64,000 nt of DNA, from the NCBI GenBank assembly GCA_036630325.1, contig CP142731.1:372001-436000 (forward strand), in the 5' to 3' direction. Positions 60,784 to 64,000 of the stretch are shown here, piece by piece. The translations under genes were made by a program, and so were the position numbers. The stretch comes from Vairimorpha necatrix. Taxonomy: Eukaryota. The notes below the pieces were generated by a model that did not search any database, had not been told where the DNA came from, and saw nothing but the letters and a program-made list of their open reading frames with translations. Position 1 is the stretch's first letter. The number at the start of each line of letters is the position of its first letter.

Positions 60784-61012
60784 CATACTAAGTAGTCATA
60801 CGCCAAAGTGGTTATATGCCCATGTCTTATACGCCAAAATGGTCATATGCTATGTCTCATAAGCCAAAATGGTCATATGCTATAAAGTCAAATACAAAGT
60901 AGTCATATGCTATGTAGTCATATACTAAGTAGTCATACGCTAAAGTGGACATATGCCTATGTAGTCATACGCCAAAGTAGTCAGTTATGTAATCATATAC
61001 AAAGTAGTCATG
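60784..61012. repeat. Degenerate 15-16-bp tandem array (~15 units)
   Basis: Alternating GTAGTCATACGCCAAA / GTGGTCATATGCTAT variants. Confidence 0.85.
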
Positions 61013-61284
61013 TTTATTGAGGACTGTATTCCGTATGAGCTTACAGGCAAGTTAATATTAGTCGTAAATATATTCTAAAATACCATTTTTTAGGAGATAT
61101 TTATCCATACAGACAATTATGACTCCTTGACTTTACTGAGTCTAAAACACTTTGTTATGATTTTATTAGCATATTTTTATAGACTTAACTCATTGTCATT
61201 CAATTTTTATATCTTATTTTATATCATTTATTATAAAAATATCTAACTTGCTAAATTATATAATTTTAGAATGTAAAAAATATC

Positions 61285-61475
61285 TCACAAATCTTATACC
61301 ACAAGACTCAAATCCCTAAGAAGGTAGAAGCGTACATCCAGATGATCACACTAGAAAGCATTTCTCTGGACTACCGAGGCCGATGTGGAAAGGACTATAG
61401 AGACGCCAACGTGGAAACTATTCATGTTATACATAAAATATAAATTACAATAAGCATACCCTAATTAAATTTATT
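61285..61475 (+). mobile_element. Short, internally deleted 3' fragment of the 45850-47960 LINE subfamily
   Basis: Matches ~46408-46622 plus 47920-47955, with deletions and without the Merlin insert. Confidence 0.85.
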
Positions 61476-61520
61476 TATATATCTTAAAACAAAATTGTAT
61501 TATTAATTGAAGTTTATAAA

Positions 61521-61973
61521 TTATTTTTTTAATTTAAGTTTACTACTAAATATCTCATAATCCCATACTAAATACACACCATCCTCCACATTGATCTTTA
61601 TACTCGACTCCATTGCCTTTTTAAACTCGTCACTTATTAAATACACAAATTCCATATCTTCCACTACAATATTCTCAAGTATGAATACTGTCTCATAAGC
61701 CAGTAAGTACAGTAAAGTATTATCAGAGCAAATATTCCCACCAAATATCTTCTTAATAATGTCCCAGTACACGGGGAAAGACAAAGAAGAAGAGTTTAAT
61801 TTACTGATTAAAATGTCATAAATCACTTTTGAGACTAATTTACTCATATTATAAGTAAACTTGTCTAGAAAAAGACTGTATTTAGTAGGAGGAAGATAAG
61901 ATATCTCCTGACTTGAGTCTTTTAGAGATGGTATAGCAAGAAATGAGAGAAGAAATAATTGAATTAGGCACAT
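61521..61973 (-). CDS. Hypothetical secreted protein (150 aa)
   Basis: CCCCT-ATG, signal-peptide-like MCLIQLFLLSFLAIPS. Confidence 0.78.
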   Translation of the reverse strand: MCLIQLFLLSFLAIPSLKDSSQEISYLPPTKYSLFLDKFTYNMSKLVSKVIYDILISKLNSSSLSFPVYWDIIKKIFGGNICSDNTLLYLLAYETVFILENIVVEDMEFVYLISDEFKKAMESSIKINVEDGVYLVWDYEIFSSKLKLKK

Positions 61974-62308
61974 AGGGGACTAAAAAATATTATATGTAAT
62001 CAAATTTGTCTTATTTGACATATATGATATTTATGACGTGTTTTATCCTTAAGATTTTGTTTGTTTACACCAATAAAAAATTTTACTTAAAAATATTGAC
62101 AATTTAATCTTGTTTATATTGATAAGTATGATATTTATAGTATACTCTTGTATATAATTATATGTTAGAATAATGTAGTCTTGTTTTCATATATAAGTAT
62201 GATATTGTTTATATAATCTTGTTTATAATACAATATTCCTTGTTTGTTTATATTGATAAATTAAAGAAAATATAATCTTGTTCTTAAATCTTTTATAGTA
62301 ATTTTTTA

Positions 62309-63187
62309 TTAAGTGCTCTCCTCTCGTTTCGCTTTCTTTATTAATCCTTTATATTTCTTATAATCCCATTTAATTTCCACTCTTTCATTCTCATACCAAA
62401 TATCTACACACTCTTCCAGTATATTTTTATACTTCTCAGATTGAATTATCTCCAAGACTAAAGTGGGGACCATCACATCTTTAAGGAATCCTGCTGCTAC
62501 TTTCGCCATATCATTTTCCAGGGGATTTATGAAGTCATAATTTACTCCTATTCCATTATAAGCGATCTCTTGACTACACAGCCTCCAGAATTTCTCATAA
62601 GAATCTTTAAAGAAGATACTTCCTTGATATTTAATATCTTTTTGATTTTTCTCATGATATTTGGTTTTTAATATATCGAAGAAGAGTTTCCCTAAGACTT
62701 GACATCTGTAAGTTTCTTTATTCCTGTTTACTTTTTCAGGTTTGTCGTTTTTCCAGGGATTTACAGTTAAGGCGACTAGACCCTCCTCATTTGCTACTAT
62801 GTGGTAAATTGGGGTAAAACATAGAGTCTTACTTTCTTCATTTTCAGCTTTCTCTAGTTCATTTGTAATTGTCGAGTCGTCTTCAGCTTCCTCTAGTTCA
62901 TTTGTAATTGTCGAGTCGTCTTCTTCTTCATCTTGTTCATTTGCTATTGTCGAATCTTCGTCGTCGTAGTCTTCTTCTTCTGCTTCGTCTTGTTCATTTT
63001 CGCCGCCATGATCTTGTTTTTCTTCAACTTTGTCCAGTTGTTCATCTAGTTTTTCGCCTTGTTGTTCTTTATTATATAAATCGAGTCCCTTGCTTTTTCC
63101 TTTGATTTTCTCAAGTCCCCCTGGTTTTCCCGTTGCTGTACACATTTCCAGTAGATACAAAAATGATATTTTTTCCAGTACCTTCAT
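62309..63187 (-). CDS. Hypothetical secreted protein with acidic 13-aa repeats (292 aa)
   Basis: CCC before ATG, hydrophobic N-terminus, EDDSTITNELEEA-type unit x3. Confidence 0.82.
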   Translation of the reverse strand: MKVLEKISFLYLLEMCTATGKPGGLEKIKGKSKGLDLYNKEQQGEKLDEQLDKVEEKQDHGGENEQDEAEEEDYDDEDSTIANEQDEEEDDSTITNELEEAEDDSTITNELEKAENEESKTLCFTPIYHIVANEEGLVALTVNPWKNDKPEKVNRNKETYRCQVLGKLFFDILKTKYHEKNQKDIKYQGSIFFKDSYEKFWRLCSQEIAYNGIGVNYDFINPLENDMAKVAAGFLKDVMVPTLVLEIIQSEKYKNILEECVDIWYENERVEIKWDYKKYKGLIKKAKREEST

Positions 63188-63359
63188 TTTAGGGTGTAAA
63201 TATTACAATATAATATAATAATATAAAAAGTATATTTAAAATGTAAATATTAAAATGTTAATATTAATATCTACCATAATCTAAAAAGTATATTTAAAAT
63301 GTAAATATTACATTATAATATAATAATATATAAATATGCGTTTTTTATAAAATCCACTT

Positions 63360-64000
63360 TTATTTCTTAATGAAATACACCCCTGGGAAATTTAGCCCTG
63401 TCTCTTCCATTTGTAAAAGTGTACACCTCCCTCCACTTTTTATTTCTTCATCAGCTTTACTTATTTTTTCTTCTTCTACCACTGGTCTCGCTTTAAATTT
63501 CCTACTCTTTTTCAAATCTGGTACTTTTATTAATTCATTATCATAATTCTTATTATATTTCACATTTCTTTCTTGTAGATCTAAATTCTGATCAAATACA
63601 AAGAAGCCTGTTTCTTTCATATTTAGACTTATTAGATTTATAAAAGGATACCAGTACCAGTAATTTAGAAATAAGACTGCTCCGCATATTCTTTCTTTAG
63701 TAATTTTATTACATAGATTAGTAATACTAAATATTATATTTCTACCACCTGCTTCACTTAATCCTCTACCCAGCATAGCACCAAATTTGACAGAATTCTC
63801 TTCTGATCTGTCTATTATGATTTTATTAATTCTGTTTATAATTCTCTTGTAGTTTTTTACTAAGTGGTCATTACATTGCATGAGGACGAGGCCTATGCCA
63901 ATTAGAGCAGACTGCCTTACTAAAGGACATGAGTCATAAATGAGACCTTCTAGTAGATCACAGACCTTATTATTCCCTGTACCAGAGAAGAAGAATCCCA
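63360..64000 (-). CDS. RPN2: 26S proteasome regulatory subunit Rpn2/PSMD1, C-terminal part (5' end outside the window)
   Basis: Frame open to the window edge: GTGNNKVCDLLE..D..VRQSALIG (PC repeat), KFGAMLGRGLSEAGGRN, YWYWYPF. Confidence 0.92.
   Translation of the reverse strand, partial: GFFFSGTGNNKVCDLLEGLIYDSCPLVRQSALIGIGLVLMQCNDHLVKNYKRIINRINKIIIDRSEENSVKFGAMLGRGLSEAGGRNIIFSITNLCNKITKERICGAVLFLNYWYWYPFINLISLNMKETGFFVFDQNLDLQERNVKYNKNYDNELIKVPDLKKSRKFKARPVVEEEKISKADEEIKSGGRCTLLQMEETGLNFPGVYFIKK

Noticed and set aside
60784-61012. CRISPR-like array
   Set aside because: No unique spacers, degenerate tandem units, no cas genes, eukaryotic genome

Overview
AT-rich eukaryotic DNA, most likely from a large-genome microsporidian. 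Evidence for that call: intronless genes, a CCC/GGG motif a few bases upstream of most ATGs, compact and divergent core genes, and Merlin and R4-like elements. Bases 1 to ~52 kb are gene-poor and TE-rich. They hold two Ty3/gypsy LTR elements, three Merlin transposons plus a Merlin-like MITE, R4/Dong-like LINE fragments, a Tc1/IS630 relic, a tRNA-headed SINE, and duplicated secreted or membrane hypothetical genes. Bases ~52.5-64 kb are a gene-dense core: tRNA-Ser, MPS1, DRE2, MED7-like and RPN2, invaded by an intact Merlin and a Helitron. Most notable: (1) Two ~3.1-3.2 kb Ty3/gypsy elements with only 49-bp LTRs that carry the gag ATG, a translated PBS, and no visible aspartic protease. (2) A 794-bp GC-richer tRNA-derived SINE with a poly(A) tail and 14-bp TSD. 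(3) A non-autonomous Helitron that cleanly splits a ~408-aa host gene. (4) An intact Merlin inserted 10 bp upstream of the MPS1 start codon, mosaic relative to a sister copy. All alignments were made by eye. Some frameshifts in homopolymers could be sequencing errors.
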